This document shows, one piece after another, positions 1 through 11,859 of a DNA stretch of 64,000 nucleotides (position 1 is its first letter; the number at the start of each line of letters is the position of its first letter). The stretch is taken from positions 12,400,001-12,464,000 of the forward strand of contig NC_086097.1 in assembly GCF_963921235.1 (NCBI RefSeq). The letters are read 5' to 3'. The translations under genes and the position numbers were made by a program. This DNA is from Mobula hypostoma (Eukaryota). The notes below the pieces were generated by a model. It did no database searches, was not told the DNA's origin, and saw only the letters and a list, made by a program, of their open reading frames with translations.

Positions 1-300
1 CAACAGTCTGTTAGTTTTAAGGTTGGTGTTACAGATGCCAGCTATTTACTCAAAACATACAGCAAAATGCGTTGTTTCCTTCAACAAACAGCACAGCCTG
101 TGAATGTCGTGAGGAAAGCACATACGTGTCGCCATGCTTACGGCACCACCATCAGATGCCCACATCTTAACAACAATAACCCAGATGGGAGAAGCTACAA
201 TCTGCTTATGGACCCCAATCGCCTGATCGCTGTTGCTCTAAAGTGTGGTGCTTACCATCATGCCACCCTTATTTAATCAGCTAAACTTAAATCCTTTCCA

Positions 301-1222
301 ATAGACAATAGACAATAGGTGCAGGAGTAGGCCATTCGGCCCTTTGAGCCAGCCCCGCCATTCACTGTGATCATGGCTGATCATCCACTATCAGTATCCA
401 GTTCCTGCCTTATCCCCATAACCTTTGATTCCACTATCTTTAAGAGCTCTATCCATCTCTTTTTTGAAAGCATCCAGAGACTTGGCCTCCACAGCCTTCT
501 GGGGCAGAGCATTCCATATATCCACCACTCTCTGGGTGAAAAAGATTTTCCTCAACTCCGTTCTAAATGGCCTACCCCTTATTCTTAAACTGTGGCCTCT
601 GGTTCTGGACTCACCCATCAGTGGGAACATGCTTCCTGCCTCCAGCGTGTCCAATCCTTTAATAATCTTATATGTTTCAATAAGATCCCCTCTCAGCCTC
701 CTTCTAAATTCCAGTGTATACAAGCCCAGTCGCTCCAATCTTTCAACATACGACAGTCCCGCCATCCTGGGAATTAACCTTGTGAACCTACGCTGAACTC
801 CCTCAATAGCAAGAATGTCCTTCCTCAAATTTGGAGACCAAAACTGCACACAGTATTCCAGGTGTGGTCTCACCAGGGCCCTGTACAGCTGAAGAAGGAC
901 CTCTTTGCTCTTATACTCAATTTCCCTTGTTATGAAGGCCAGCATGCCATTAGCTTTCTTCACAGCCTGCTGTACTTGCATGCTTGTTTTCAGTGACTGA
1001 TGTACAAGAATACCTAGATCTCGTTGTGCTTCCACTTTTCCTAACTTGACTCCATTTAGATTATAGCCTGCCTTCCCGTTCTTACCACCAAAGTGGATAA
1101 CCTCACATTTATCCAAATTAAACTGCATCTGCCATGCATCTGCCCACTCACCCAGCCTGTCCAAGTCACCCTGCATTCTCATAACATCCTCCTCACATTT
1201 CACACTGCCACCCAGCTTTGTG
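301..1222 (-). mobile_element. CR1 (HER1-like) LINE, 5'-truncated, RT C-terminus plus 3' UTR
   Basis: ORF 391-1230 has CR1 motifs (WQMQFNLDKCEVIHFG, LVRPHLEYCVQFWSP, FFTQRVVDIWNALP). (GTCTATT)n tail at 301-318. Confidence 0.92.
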
Positions 1223-1224
1223 TT

Positions 1225-1440
1225 CTTCAAGATACAGCACAGCCCAATGAGCCGTACTGCCCAATTACACCCATGTGATCAATTTACCTACCAGCCTCTG
1301 GTCTTTGGACTATGGGAGGAAACTGGAGCACGTGGAGGAAACCCACACAGTCATGGGGAGAACATGCAATCTCCTTACAGAGAATGGCTGGAGATGAGCC
1401 CAGGTTGGTGGTGCTGTAACAACATGCTAACTGTGTCACC
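1225..1440 (-). mobile_element. V-SINE (HE1-like) fragment
   Basis: Reverse complement contains the V-domain gtgggtttcctcc..gtgctccagtttcctccca..gtccaaaga. Confidence 0.7.
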
Positions 1441-1654
1441 CTGGGATTTGAAATTGTATTTTTCTAGGTGATATGTTTGAGCTTCTGAATTATAAATCTC
1501 AAAGCCCAGGGAGTAGAATCAACTTTTGCTAACCTCTGATCTTTTTGTAAGGAAGTACAAATCACCTTAGAATATTTGGCTGTATCTTCAGTGTAGCTAT
1601 ATAAATGAAACTGAGGAGGTGTTTGAGCATAAGAAAACCAAATACTGTATCAGG

Positions 1655-1975
1655 AGCTGGTGGAGCAGTGCCAGAAACAGGGGTGGAGGGTACAATTTGT
1701 GCCTCTAGAAGTTGTTGCTCACTCTTGTAGAAGCTACTCTTTCCTTGGCATAATGGGGGCTGCAAAGAAAAGGACCATCAGGGCGGTCACAGAGCCTTCG
1801 GGTGGCTATGGATCAAAAGGTATAACCTGTGAACCAATGCAGCCAAGATCTGACCAATCCTGGCTGGGTCACCTGAGCGAGAGTGTCTGATGTTGAAAGA
1901 CCTGAAGCACCCGATGACCCCAGGTTACTCCACTGACGATGTGTGCCAACTCAACCTAGGATGCATCTCAGCATC
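1655..1975 (+). mobile_element. HERO/R2-group LINE 3' fragment
   Basis: Translates LVEQCQKQGWRVQFVPLEV...WLWIK, followed by a 3' UTR ggctgggtcacctg..gtctgatgttgaaagacc as recalled for HERO elements. Confidence 0.6.
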
Positions 1976-2978
1976 AAAGATGTTGTGGTATCATTATCAA
2001 CCATCGAGCTGGAGAAGAAATATTTACTCCTCCTTTAAAGATTTCCCATCACATTCCAAGCTAGTCCAACAAAGTGGTATGGAGTGTGCACTCATATGAA
2101 TGTCGATGAATTCTGGTATTCCTCACTCCCAAGGTTGCAGACTGTGCAAATTCATTGTTAATGCTGCTGCCAGTTACCTCCTTGTGTTTATTCCTGATAA
2201 CAATGTGGTGCAGTTTGAAAACTTGTGTTTTTTGTTTGTTCTCTCATCAAGGTGATGCATGACAGCTGTGCTGGAGAAGTCTCCTACTTTGCAGGTGGTG
2301 ACAGCCCAGAGCAGCACTTTCAAGTAACTCCATGGGCAGATACGATGTGTGGTTCTGCATTATCCTGACAAACTATCTCAAAAATTGGATCTTCCTCCTG
2401 AAGCCCTGTTCACTGTCGAGGTATGTGTTGTGAACAATAATTGTTGCTTTAAAGCTGTCACCCCTTTAAGGATTGCATCATGTGATTAACTGCTATCTGG
2501 GCTGCCACAATGTTTATGGGATGTTGGAGAGGCCAGCCTGAGAAGTGTCCTTGAATACATTATACAGGGGTTGGTTTGATCTCATTTTGTCTGTATTAGT
2601 CAATACATTCTGCAACAGGCTTCTTTTGAGAATAAGACTCGTCCAAGCCCTCTTACATTGCACTGGAAATGAGGGTAGGAAAATGAAGGATGATAATCAT
2701 CAAAGTGTCAAGGATATCAAGTGACTACTTACCTGTGCCTGTAAAAACCTTCTAATTAATTGAATCAAGTCTAATATATGACTAAAAAAGAAAGCCCTGT
2801 AACTGCCTAAGTCGAAGACAGCACAAAATGCCAGTCTGGTTACATTGGAAATTTTAGTAGATATGGCAAAATTCAGAATGCCTTTTATTTGTACCTCTGG
2901 AGATGGTATTATTTTTGAAGAGGAATACCCCCAGAGTGAGGCCACACAAGGTCATCATAATCAATAAAAATAGGCCAG

Positions 2979-3402
2979 CTTTCACAAGAGGACCATAACC
3001 TTGGCACTTGGGTATGGAGGTTTGTGTGCCTCAAAGGCCCAGAGAGCTGTACTGGCTGGAGTCAGGGCTTTATGCTTTGGCTCTTGGTAGGATCACCCAT
3101 GCCAAACAGGTCAATGGGTAGAGGACAGACTAAGAGTTGTTCACTGGTCCTCCAGGCTTCGGGGTTCAGCTCAGGGCTAACAACCCTGACTGGTGAAACA
3201 AAATTGTTATGGAAACAGAAATGAAGAATCCTTCTACATCTGAGTGTAATAATATTCCTGGGTCTCCACCCGGGACTTCCATGACTGACTGTATGAAACC
3301 CAAGACGAAGTTACTGACATGATGAAGGAAGCCCTGAACACTGACCAAAATGGAGGACCTTCTTTGCTGTGGTAAACACCAGTGGTGTAATGGGCAGCAA
3401 GT
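2979..3402 (+). mobile_element. RTE-derived non-autonomous retroelement (family A, copy 1)
   Basis: 11-bp TSD AAATAGGCCAG (2968-2978, 3403-3413). Colinear with 47990-48410. RTE/Expander-like 5' region. Confidence 0.75.
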
Positions 3403-3429
3403 AAATAGGCCAGTTACTGAAGTGAAATA

Positions 3430-3780
3430 CCTGATGAAGGGTCGTGCCCCAAAATAAACACAAAATACTCTGCAGATGCTGGGGTCAAAGCAACACTCAC
3501 AACATGCTGGAGGAACTCAGCAGGTCGGGCAGCATCCGTGGAAACGATCAGTCAACGTTTCGGGCCGGAAATCAGGATTCTGACCTGAAACATTGACTGA
3601 TCGTTTCCACAGATGCTGCCCAACCTGCTGAGTTCCTTCAGCGTGTTGTAAGTGTTGCCTTGCCCCAAAATGTTGACTGTTTATACCTCTCTATAAAGCT
3701 GCCTGACCTGCTGAGTTTCTCAAGCATATTGAGTGTCTTGCTCTGGACTTCCATCATTTGCAGAATCTCTTGTGCTTATT
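3430..3780. mobile_element. Penelope pLTR with a nested fold-back pLTR derivative
   Basis: pLTR motifs (ctgatgaaggg, gatgctgcc..acctgctgag). Inverted arms ~3491-3565 and ~3584-3657. Direct repeat TGCCCCAAAAT at 3445-3455 and 3661-3671. Confidence 0.75.
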
Positions 3781-3947
3781 AAGTAGTTAGACAACATCCA
3801 CTTAACAGAGTAATGAAACATTTTAAGAATTATTTCAACCAAGCTCCTCCTACAAGCAAGCTTCAGGAGGGATGATACATAATTACAGAACCACCATATA
3901 CTGTAAATGCTGAGACAAGTTCAAACATTGAAGGTGAGGTATGTCAT

Positions 3948-4145
3948 AAACACAAGAGATTCTGCAGATGCTGGAAGTCCAGAGCAACACACACACAATG
4001 TTGGAGGAATTCAGCAAGTCAGGCAGCATCTATGGCATTGAAAAACCAGTCGATGTTTCAGAGACCCTTCACCAAAACGTCGACTGTTTATTCCTTTCCA
4101 TAGATGCTGCCTGACCTACTAAGGTGCTTCAGCACTTTGTGTGCG
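3948..4145. mobile_element. Fold-back Penelope pLTR derivative
   Basis: Minus-strand pLTR joined to a plus-strand pLTR at the hammerhead region (gtcgatgtttc...aaacgtcgactg). Confidence 0.7.
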
Positions 4146-4254
4146 CAGCCCTGTGAGGTAAGTTTTTGCGTAGACTGATTGGTCCAGTCATGTTATTAAA
4201 CATGATTAATCTGATTTTTGGAATGCCGTGCAAACTAACGACAGCTACTGTCAC

Positions 4255-4530
4255 TTATTTAGAGATACAGTGTGGAACAGGCCATTCTGTCCCAATCAGT
4301 TGCATAGCCCAGCAACCCCTCCCCCCATTTAACCCTAGCCTAACCACAGGACAATTTGCAATGAACAATTAACCTACTAACCAGTATGACTTTGGAAAAT
4401 GGCAGGAAACCAGAGCACCCAGAGGAAACCCACGCGCTCACGGGGAGGACGTACAGATGGCATCGGAATTGGTCTGATGCCATCAGCTATAATAGCATTG
4501 AGCTGACCGCTATGCTGCCGTGACACCCTC
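4255..4530 (-). mobile_element. V-SINE (HE1-like)
   Basis: V-domain and a degraded tRNA-like head on the minus strand. Confidence 0.7.
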
Positions 4531-5339
4531 TATCTCTATGGGAACGTTCTCTGAGAATGTAAGTAGTATAGAGATCAACAGCAGGAGCTCTGACACTGAA
4601 TCTGAGCCGTACGTGCGACAGAGACAAGGAGAATGGTTCTGGTGGGAAAGCACAACTGCCATTGCAATAGGTATCATGTAGCCAAGTCTATCACTTCAGA
4701 GCAGGATGATGATTTAATTGTAGCATGCAAGAGCTTGTAGCTCCTGTACGCAGGGCTAAGCAGAGACTAGCAAGCCAAAGTAGTATCAGCTAGTGGTCCC
4801 CATGGAAGGGAAACAATTACAGTGAAAAATGATAGAAGGGAGTTTTGCACCACATTATGGAGGATGGGCAGAGTGAGGAACATATTTTAATAGCATATCT
4901 ACCTCTTCTGATGATACATAAAAAAAGTTCATAACATCAAAATTAGCAATTAATACAGCTGCAGACTGCTCCAGCGTGGGAAGGCAAGTAAAGTATCTGG
5001 TTTTTAAGAAGGGACCATTAGCAAGAAGCTCAAGTATTCTGGGGAGACCTGAGAATACAAGAACAAATGCAATGTGCAGTGCTCCATTAAGGCAAATAGA
5101 CAAGTGTACTGATTTAGTTGGCTGATTACGCAAACAAATCAATTCCATGATAAGGACAGATTGGCTGAGAGAGTTGAGGAAAAATATATTTAGTCACAGT
5201 CATGATTAAAGGAATGTTTAATTATGAAGGGATGTTTAAGGATTTATGCAGGGCCATTAAAAAAAAGCCCAATTCACATATGTATTGAACTAAATGTCAA
5301 ACTGAGGCATTGTTAAAACTTGACTGGCATTGTACATAC

Positions 5340-5935
5340 TAACCCACGGTAGTGTCACGGTTAGCATAGTGCTATTACAGCGCAGGGTATTTCGGAGTTC
5401 AACTCTGGTGGCATTCTGTAAGGAGCTTGTACATTCTCATGGAATTTGGGTATTAATGGGTGCTGCCGTTTCTGTTCACAATCCGAAGACGTACCGGTTA
5501 CTAGGTTAATTTATAACTTATTGAGATACAGCACAGAGTAGAGCCTTCTGGCTTTTTGAGCTGTGCTGCCCAGCAATCCCTCAGTTTAACCCTAGCCCAA
5601 TCATGGGACAGATTACAATGATGAATTAACCAATCAACAGTTTGGACTGTGGGAGGAAACCGACGCAGTCATGAGGAGAACATACAAGTTTTGTGCTAAC
5701 CATAAAGTTTTGCTAGCACAAAACTTGTACATGAGCACAAACCTTTATGTAACAGGAGACCTGGGTTCAATTCCTGCTGCTGCCTGTACACTACCATACT
5801 ACTCTGGGTCATTGTGAATTGTCCTGTGATTAGGTTGGGATTAATTGGGTTTGTTGAGGGTTGCTGGGGCAGCATGACTCCATGGCTGGAAGACCCTATT
5901 CCATGCCATATTGCTCAATAAAATAAATAAGTAAA
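5340..5935. mobile_element. Cluster of nested V-SINE pieces in both orientations
   Basis: tRNA-like head ~5345-5410, minus-strand copy ~5515-5690, plus-strand 3' end with (ATAA)n at ~5917-5931. Confidence 0.65.
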
Positions 5936-6164
5936 CGTACAGGCAGAGGAGGAGCTAGATCAAGTGGAGTGACTCACTTTATTAGTGAACGTGCTATGGC
6001 AAGTAAGAACATTCAGCTCCTCAATGAATAGCATGCGTTCCTGGTTTCCTTTTTTTTTTGTTGCGATTTTGGTCGGGGCGGCCTGCGGGTACTAAACACT
6101 GAGCTGAACTGAAGATGGACTCTTTCCATTTTGTGTTTTATATTTGGTGGATTTTGCTTGAGGT

Positions 6165-6440
6165 TTTGAGGGCTGTCCTTTTAGAATGGAGACGACGAGG
6201 AATTTCTTTAGCCAGAAAGTGGTGAATCTGTGGAACTTGTAACCACAGGTGGCTGTGGAGTCCAAGTCTTTGGATATATTTAAGGAAGAGGTTGATGGAT
6301 TCTTGATTGGTCAGGGCTTGAAGGGATACAGAGAGAAAGCAGGAGACTCGGGATGAGAGAGTGGATCAGCCATAATGAAATGGTGGTACAGACTCGATGG
6401 GCCAAATAGCCTAATTCTGCTCCTATATCTTATGGTCTTA
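6165..6440 (+). mobile_element. CR1 LINE 3' end
   Basis: aggaatttctttagccaga..gtggtgaatctgtgg and the 3' hairpin/tail tatcttatggtctta. Confidence 0.8.
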
Positions 6441-7149
6441 AAATAAGATAAGTTAAAGACTGCGCCAACTTGTACATTCAACCAGTGAAGAAAAGACAAA
6501 AGTAAGAAATAATAATAGTAAATAAATGAGCAATAAATATTGAGAAATTAGATGGAAAGTCCTTGAAAGTGAATCTATAGTTTGTGAGAACATTTCAATG
6601 ATAGGGCAAGTGAAGTTCAGTAAAGTTATTCCTTTGGTTCAAGAGCCTGATGGTTGAGGGGTAGTACCTGTAATAAATGTGGTTAAATGATTATCTATTG
6701 TCTGCATTAGTCAAAAGAGAATACCTGGCTACCAAATACATAGTTTGTTCTGCAGAACACAAACTCTGAAAGCACTTTTCAAGACAAGAATGGGTCTATC
6801 AAGATTATTGTGAAATGGTTAAAAGACAATTTTTGATATTAATTGGTAGCTATTAAAGTTTTATGATATAAAGCATGGGTCATGTATCAACACAGAATGG
6901 TCTACAGAGAAATTAACATCTGCCTTTGACAGAAACACACTTCTGGAAGAAGTCATATCAGATTAGGATCTACTTATCAGAAGCAATGGAATGAAATGTC
7001 ATTTCTCTTCTACCACCTAACGTCAGATAGGGAAGTGAACAGGTCAGTTAATGCAGAAAAGAAACCATCAAAGAACATGGTTGGATTCTAATGTTTTAAA
7101 TTCAAAATTCTTTTGGAAGTCAGGAAAGAGACACAAAACTCCTGAGAGC

Positions 7150-9010
7150 AAAGGGTTTAGATGTGGTGGAGTTTGTTAGGAGCGTTCAGGAAGGTTTCCT
7201 GACACAATATGTAGATAAGCCAACTAGGGGAGAGGCTGCACTTGATCTGGTATTGGGAAGTGAACCTGGTCAGCTGTCAGATCGCTCGATGGGAGATCAT
7301 TTTGGTGGTAGTGATCACAATGATATCTCCTTTACCATAGCGCTGGAGAGGGATAGGAGCAGAAAATTTGGGAAAGCATTTAATTGGGGTAGAGGGAAAT
7401 ATGACGCTATTAGGCAGGAACTTGGGAACATAAATTGGGAGCAGATGTTCTCAGGGAAATGCACAGCAGAAATGTGGCAAATGTTCAGAGAACACTTACA
7501 TGGCGTTCTGCATAGGTATGTTACATTGAGGCAGGGAAAGGATGGTAGGGTAAAAGAACCATGGTGTACAAAAGATGTAGAAAATCTATTTAAGAAGAAA
7601 AGAAAAGCTTAAGAAAGGTTCAAGAAACTAGGTACTGTTAGAGCTCTAGAAAATTATAAGGGTGTCAGGAGGAAGCTCAAGAATGAAGTTAGGAGAGCTA
7701 GGAAGGGGCCATGAGAAGGTCTTGGTGAACAGGATTAAGGAAAACTCCAAGGCATTCTACAAGTATGTGAAGAGCAAGAGGATGAGACATGTAAAAATAG
7801 GGCTAATTGGAATGAGATTGGAAACATGTGCATGGAGCCAGAGGAGGTAGTGGTGGTATTTATTGAATACTTTGCTTCAGTATTCACCAGTGAAAGGACC
7901 TTGGTAATTGTGAGGATGACTTAGAGAGGACTGAAATGCTTGAGTGTATAGACATTAAGAAAGAAGATGTGCTGGAGCTTTTGAAAGATATTCAGTTAGA
8001 TAAGTCACCAGGACTAGATGAGATATACACCAAGCGACTGTGGGAAGGGAGGAAGGAGATTTCTGAGCCTCAGGTGATGATCCTCGTATCACCAATAGGG
8101 ACGGGAGAAGTACCAGAGGATTTGAAGTTTGCAAACGTTGTTCCCTTGTTCAAGAAAGGGAGTAGAGATAACTCAGGAAATATTAGACTAGTGGATCCTA
8201 CTTCAGTGGTAGGCGAATTGTTGGAGAAAATACTGAGAAGCAGGACTTAGGAGCATTTGGTGAGATATAATCTGATTGGGGATAATCAGCATGACTTTGT
8301 TAAGGGCAGGTCGTGCCTTACAAACCTGATTGAATTATTTGGGGATGTAACAAAACACATTGATGATGGTAGAGCAGTGGATGTAGTGTTTATGGATTTC
8401 AGTAAGACACTTGATAAGGTTCCACATGCAAGGCTCCTTGAGAAAGTAATGAGGCATGGGATCCAAGGAGACCTTGCATTGTGGTTCCAGAATTGGCTTG
8501 TCCACAGAAGGCAAAGCGTGTTTGTGGTTGTTTTTTATTCTGCATGGAGGACGGTGATCAGTGATGTTCCTCAGGGATCTGTTCTGGGACCACTCCTCTT
8601 TGTGATTTTTATAAATGACCTGGATGAGGAAGTAGAAGGGTAGGTTAGTAAGTTTGCTGATGACACAAAAGTTGAGAGTGTTGTAGATAGTCTGGAGGGC
8701 TGTCAGAGGTTACAGTGGGACATCAATAGGATGCAAAACTGGGCTGAGAAGTGGCAGATGGAGTTCCACCCAAATAAATGTGAAGTGTTTCATTTCGGTA
8801 GGTCAAGTTGGAAGACAGAATATAATATTGATGGTAAGACTCTTGGTGGTGTGGAGGATCAGCGAGATCTTGGGGTCCGAGTCCATAGGACGCTCAAAAC
8901 TGCGCAGGTTGACAGTGTGGTTAAGAAGGCATATGGTGTGTTGGCCTTCATCAGCTATGGGATTGAGTTCAAGAGCTGTTACGTAATGTCACAACTACAT
9001 AGAACCTGTA
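7150..9010 (+). mobile_element. CR1 LINE ORF2 (endonuclease end plus RT), frameshifted
   Basis: [65 protein letters not shown] and KFADD, spread across broken ORFs. Confidence 0.92.
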
Positions 9011-9612
9011 AGTGGTGATAAAAGTTCTAGCAGGTAAATTGTTAAATTGCAAATAAAATTGCAACAGTCTCTTTCAAGAACATCAGCCTGGACCATTTCA
9101 GAATTGCATACCAATGGCACACTCTGCCGAATTGTTGATCCATTGACACTCTGGATAGGTTCCTCCAAATGTGGAGGTGAAACAGTTCAGAAAGAGCAAG
9201 AATTTGGAAATTGTGGACTGAAGGGAGTGTTTCTGTGCTTTATGACTCTATCAAAACTTGAGTGGAAAGGAGAAGTCGTTCAGTCTGTATTCTGGAGCTC
9301 ATGCATTGGAGCCTTTGTACAGGCTACAGGTAACTAGATGGAAACGTGGAAATGGTTCTAAGAATTACAGGTGCTATCTGTAAAGAGTATGTATGTTCAT
9401 TGGGCTGGAAGCGCCTGTTCAATGCTGTATCTTTGAATAAATAAATAAAATAAATGCTAATATCATTAACTCTTTGAGCTGTATATCAATGTCAATGTTA
9501 AAGTTGAGCATATTGTCATATGCACAGGTACACGACTGCAATACCGAAAATACTTGCAGCCGAATTAAAGGCACCTAGCACCATATAAACAGCAGTCACA
9601 AGAACAATAGGC

Positions 9613-11800
9613 CACACTGTGCGGAAGTCCGAGGCACATATATACTTTATAGCTAGGGTACCTAAGACCTTTGTACAGTACTGTACAGTGCCTAAAAAAA
9701 GTATTCACCACCCCCTCCCTTGGAAGTTTTCATGTTTTATTGTTTAACAATATTGAATCACAGTGGATTTTAATTTGGCTTTTTTTTGCCACTGATCAAC
9801 AGAAAAAGACTTTTTTGTGTCAAAGTGAAAACAGATTTCTACAAAGGGTTCTAAATTAATTACAAGTATAAAACACAAAGTCATTGATTGCATAAGTATT
9901 CACTCCCTTTGACATGACACAAATAATCACTGGTACAGCCAATTGGTTTTAGAAGTCACATAATTACTTATATGGAGATCACCATGTGCAGTCAAGGTCT
10001 TTAAATTGATTGATAAAAATACACCTGCATCTGGAAAGTCCAACTGCTGGTGAGTCAGTATCCTGGCAAAACTACACTTTGAAGACAAAAGAACACTTCA
10101 AGCAACTCCTTGAAAAGGCTATTTGAAAGCACAAGTCAGGAGATGGATACAAGAAAATTTCCAAGTCACTGAATATTCCTTGGAGTACAGTTAAGTCAAT
10201 CGTCAAGAAGTGGAAAGAATATGGCACAGCTGTAAGTCTACCTAGAGCAGGCCGTCCTCAAAAACTGAGTGACCATGGAAGAGGGAGACTAGTGAGGGAG
10301 GCCGCTAAGAAATCTATGACACCTCTGGTGGAGTTACAAGTTTCAGTGGCTGAGATGGGAGAGACTGCGCATACAACAACTGTTGCCCGGGTGCTTCACC
10401 AGTCGCGGCTTTATGGGAGATTGACAAAGAGAAAGCCACCGTTGAAAAAAACCCATATGAAATCTCGGCTAGAGTTTACCAGAAGGCATATGGGAGACTC
10501 TGAAGTTAGCTGCAAGGTTCTGATAAAACCAAATTTGAGATTTTTGGTCATCAGACTAAATGCTATGTTTGGCATAAGCCAAAAAACGCACATCATCAAA
10601 ACCACACTATTCCTCCCATGAAGCATGGTGGAGGCTGCATCATGCTGTGAGGATGCTTCACTGCGGCAGGTCTTAGAAGGCTTCTGAAGGTAGAGGGTAA
10701 AATGAATGCAGCAAATTACAGGGAAATCCTGGAGGAAAACTTGATGCAATCTGCAAGTGAACTGTGACTTGGGGGAAGAATTGTTTTCCAGCAAGATAAT
10801 GATCCCAAGCATAAAGCCAAAGCGACACAGAAATGGCTTAAAAACAACATAGATAATGTTCTGGAGTGGCCAAGTCAGAGTGCAGGCCTCAATCCAACTC
10901 AGAATTTGTGGCTGGACTTGAAAAGGGCTGATCACTCATGATCCCCATGCAATCTGACAGAGCTTGAGCAGTTTTCTAAAGAAGAATGGGGGAAAATTGC
11001 AGTGGCCTGACGTGCAAAGCTGATAGAGACCTATCCACACAGACTCAAGGCGTTGCTGCCAAAGGTGCATCTACTAAATACTGACTTGAAGAGTGTGAGT
11101 ACTTATGCAATCAATTATTTTATGTTGTATTTGTAATTAATTTAGATCTCTTTGTAGAGGAGTGTTTTCATTTTGACACAAAAAAGGTATTTTTCTGTTG
11201 ATCAGTGTCAAAAAAGGCAAATGAAGTCCATTGTGATTTAATGTTGTAAAACAATAAAACATGAAAACTAACAAGGGGAAGGGGGTGAATACTTTTTATT
11301 GGCACTGTATTTGTCAACATGGAGCAGAGAGTGAGTTTGTAAATCTGACGGGAGCAAAGGATGTTGGGAATGGTGTGGGTGGAGTGCTGCAGGAGGGGTG
11401 TGGGCAGGTAGCAGAGAAGGTATGCCACAGTGGGGAGAAGGGGGTAGCACAGGTGCAGACACACCCAGCCCTGAGACTCCAGATAAGGTTATTTGATTCC
11501 ACACAATTGGTTTATTGATCATTACAGAATGTCTCTCTGGTGCTTCCCGGTCCCTCACCTCTCCTTTCCCCTTTTGTCAACCATGATTCCCCTATCCCTC
11601 TCCTCTTTCCACTCTCAGGCCACAGTAGAGACCCATATCGGAATCAGGTTTATCATAATTCACATACGTCATGAAATTTGTTTTTTTTTCTGGCAGCAAT
11701 ACAGTGCCATACATAAAATTACTACAGTACTGTGCAAAAGTCTTCGGCATCCTAGCTACAGGTGTATGTATATATATATATAGGTATGGGTGCCAAAGAC
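9613..11800. mobile_element. Non-autonomous DNA element with palindromic end modules (host of the Tc1)
   Basis: End motif cagtactgtgcaaaagtctt.ggcac occurs in both orientations at each end. An uninterrupted inverted copy lies at 31972-32397. Confidence 0.65.
9686..11307 (+). mobile_element. Full-length inactive Tc1 transposon (IR/DR type)
   Basis: TA flanks at 9684-85 and 11308-09. ~220-bp TIRs starting CAGTGCC, with inner direct repeats. Transposase motifs GRPQKL, KHGGG.IMLW-like and QQDNDPKH. Stops, frameshifts and LNPTQ (E to Q). Confidence 0.95.
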
Positions 11801-11859
11801 AGATCTGTAAATTTAACATAACTTAAGCATAATTTACAACTCTGAAATTCCCTGAAATA

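Noticed and set aside
1885..1950. Hammerhead-like words (ctgatg, ctgacga) in the HERO 3' UTR
   Set aside because: I could not build three consistent stems around a complete core.
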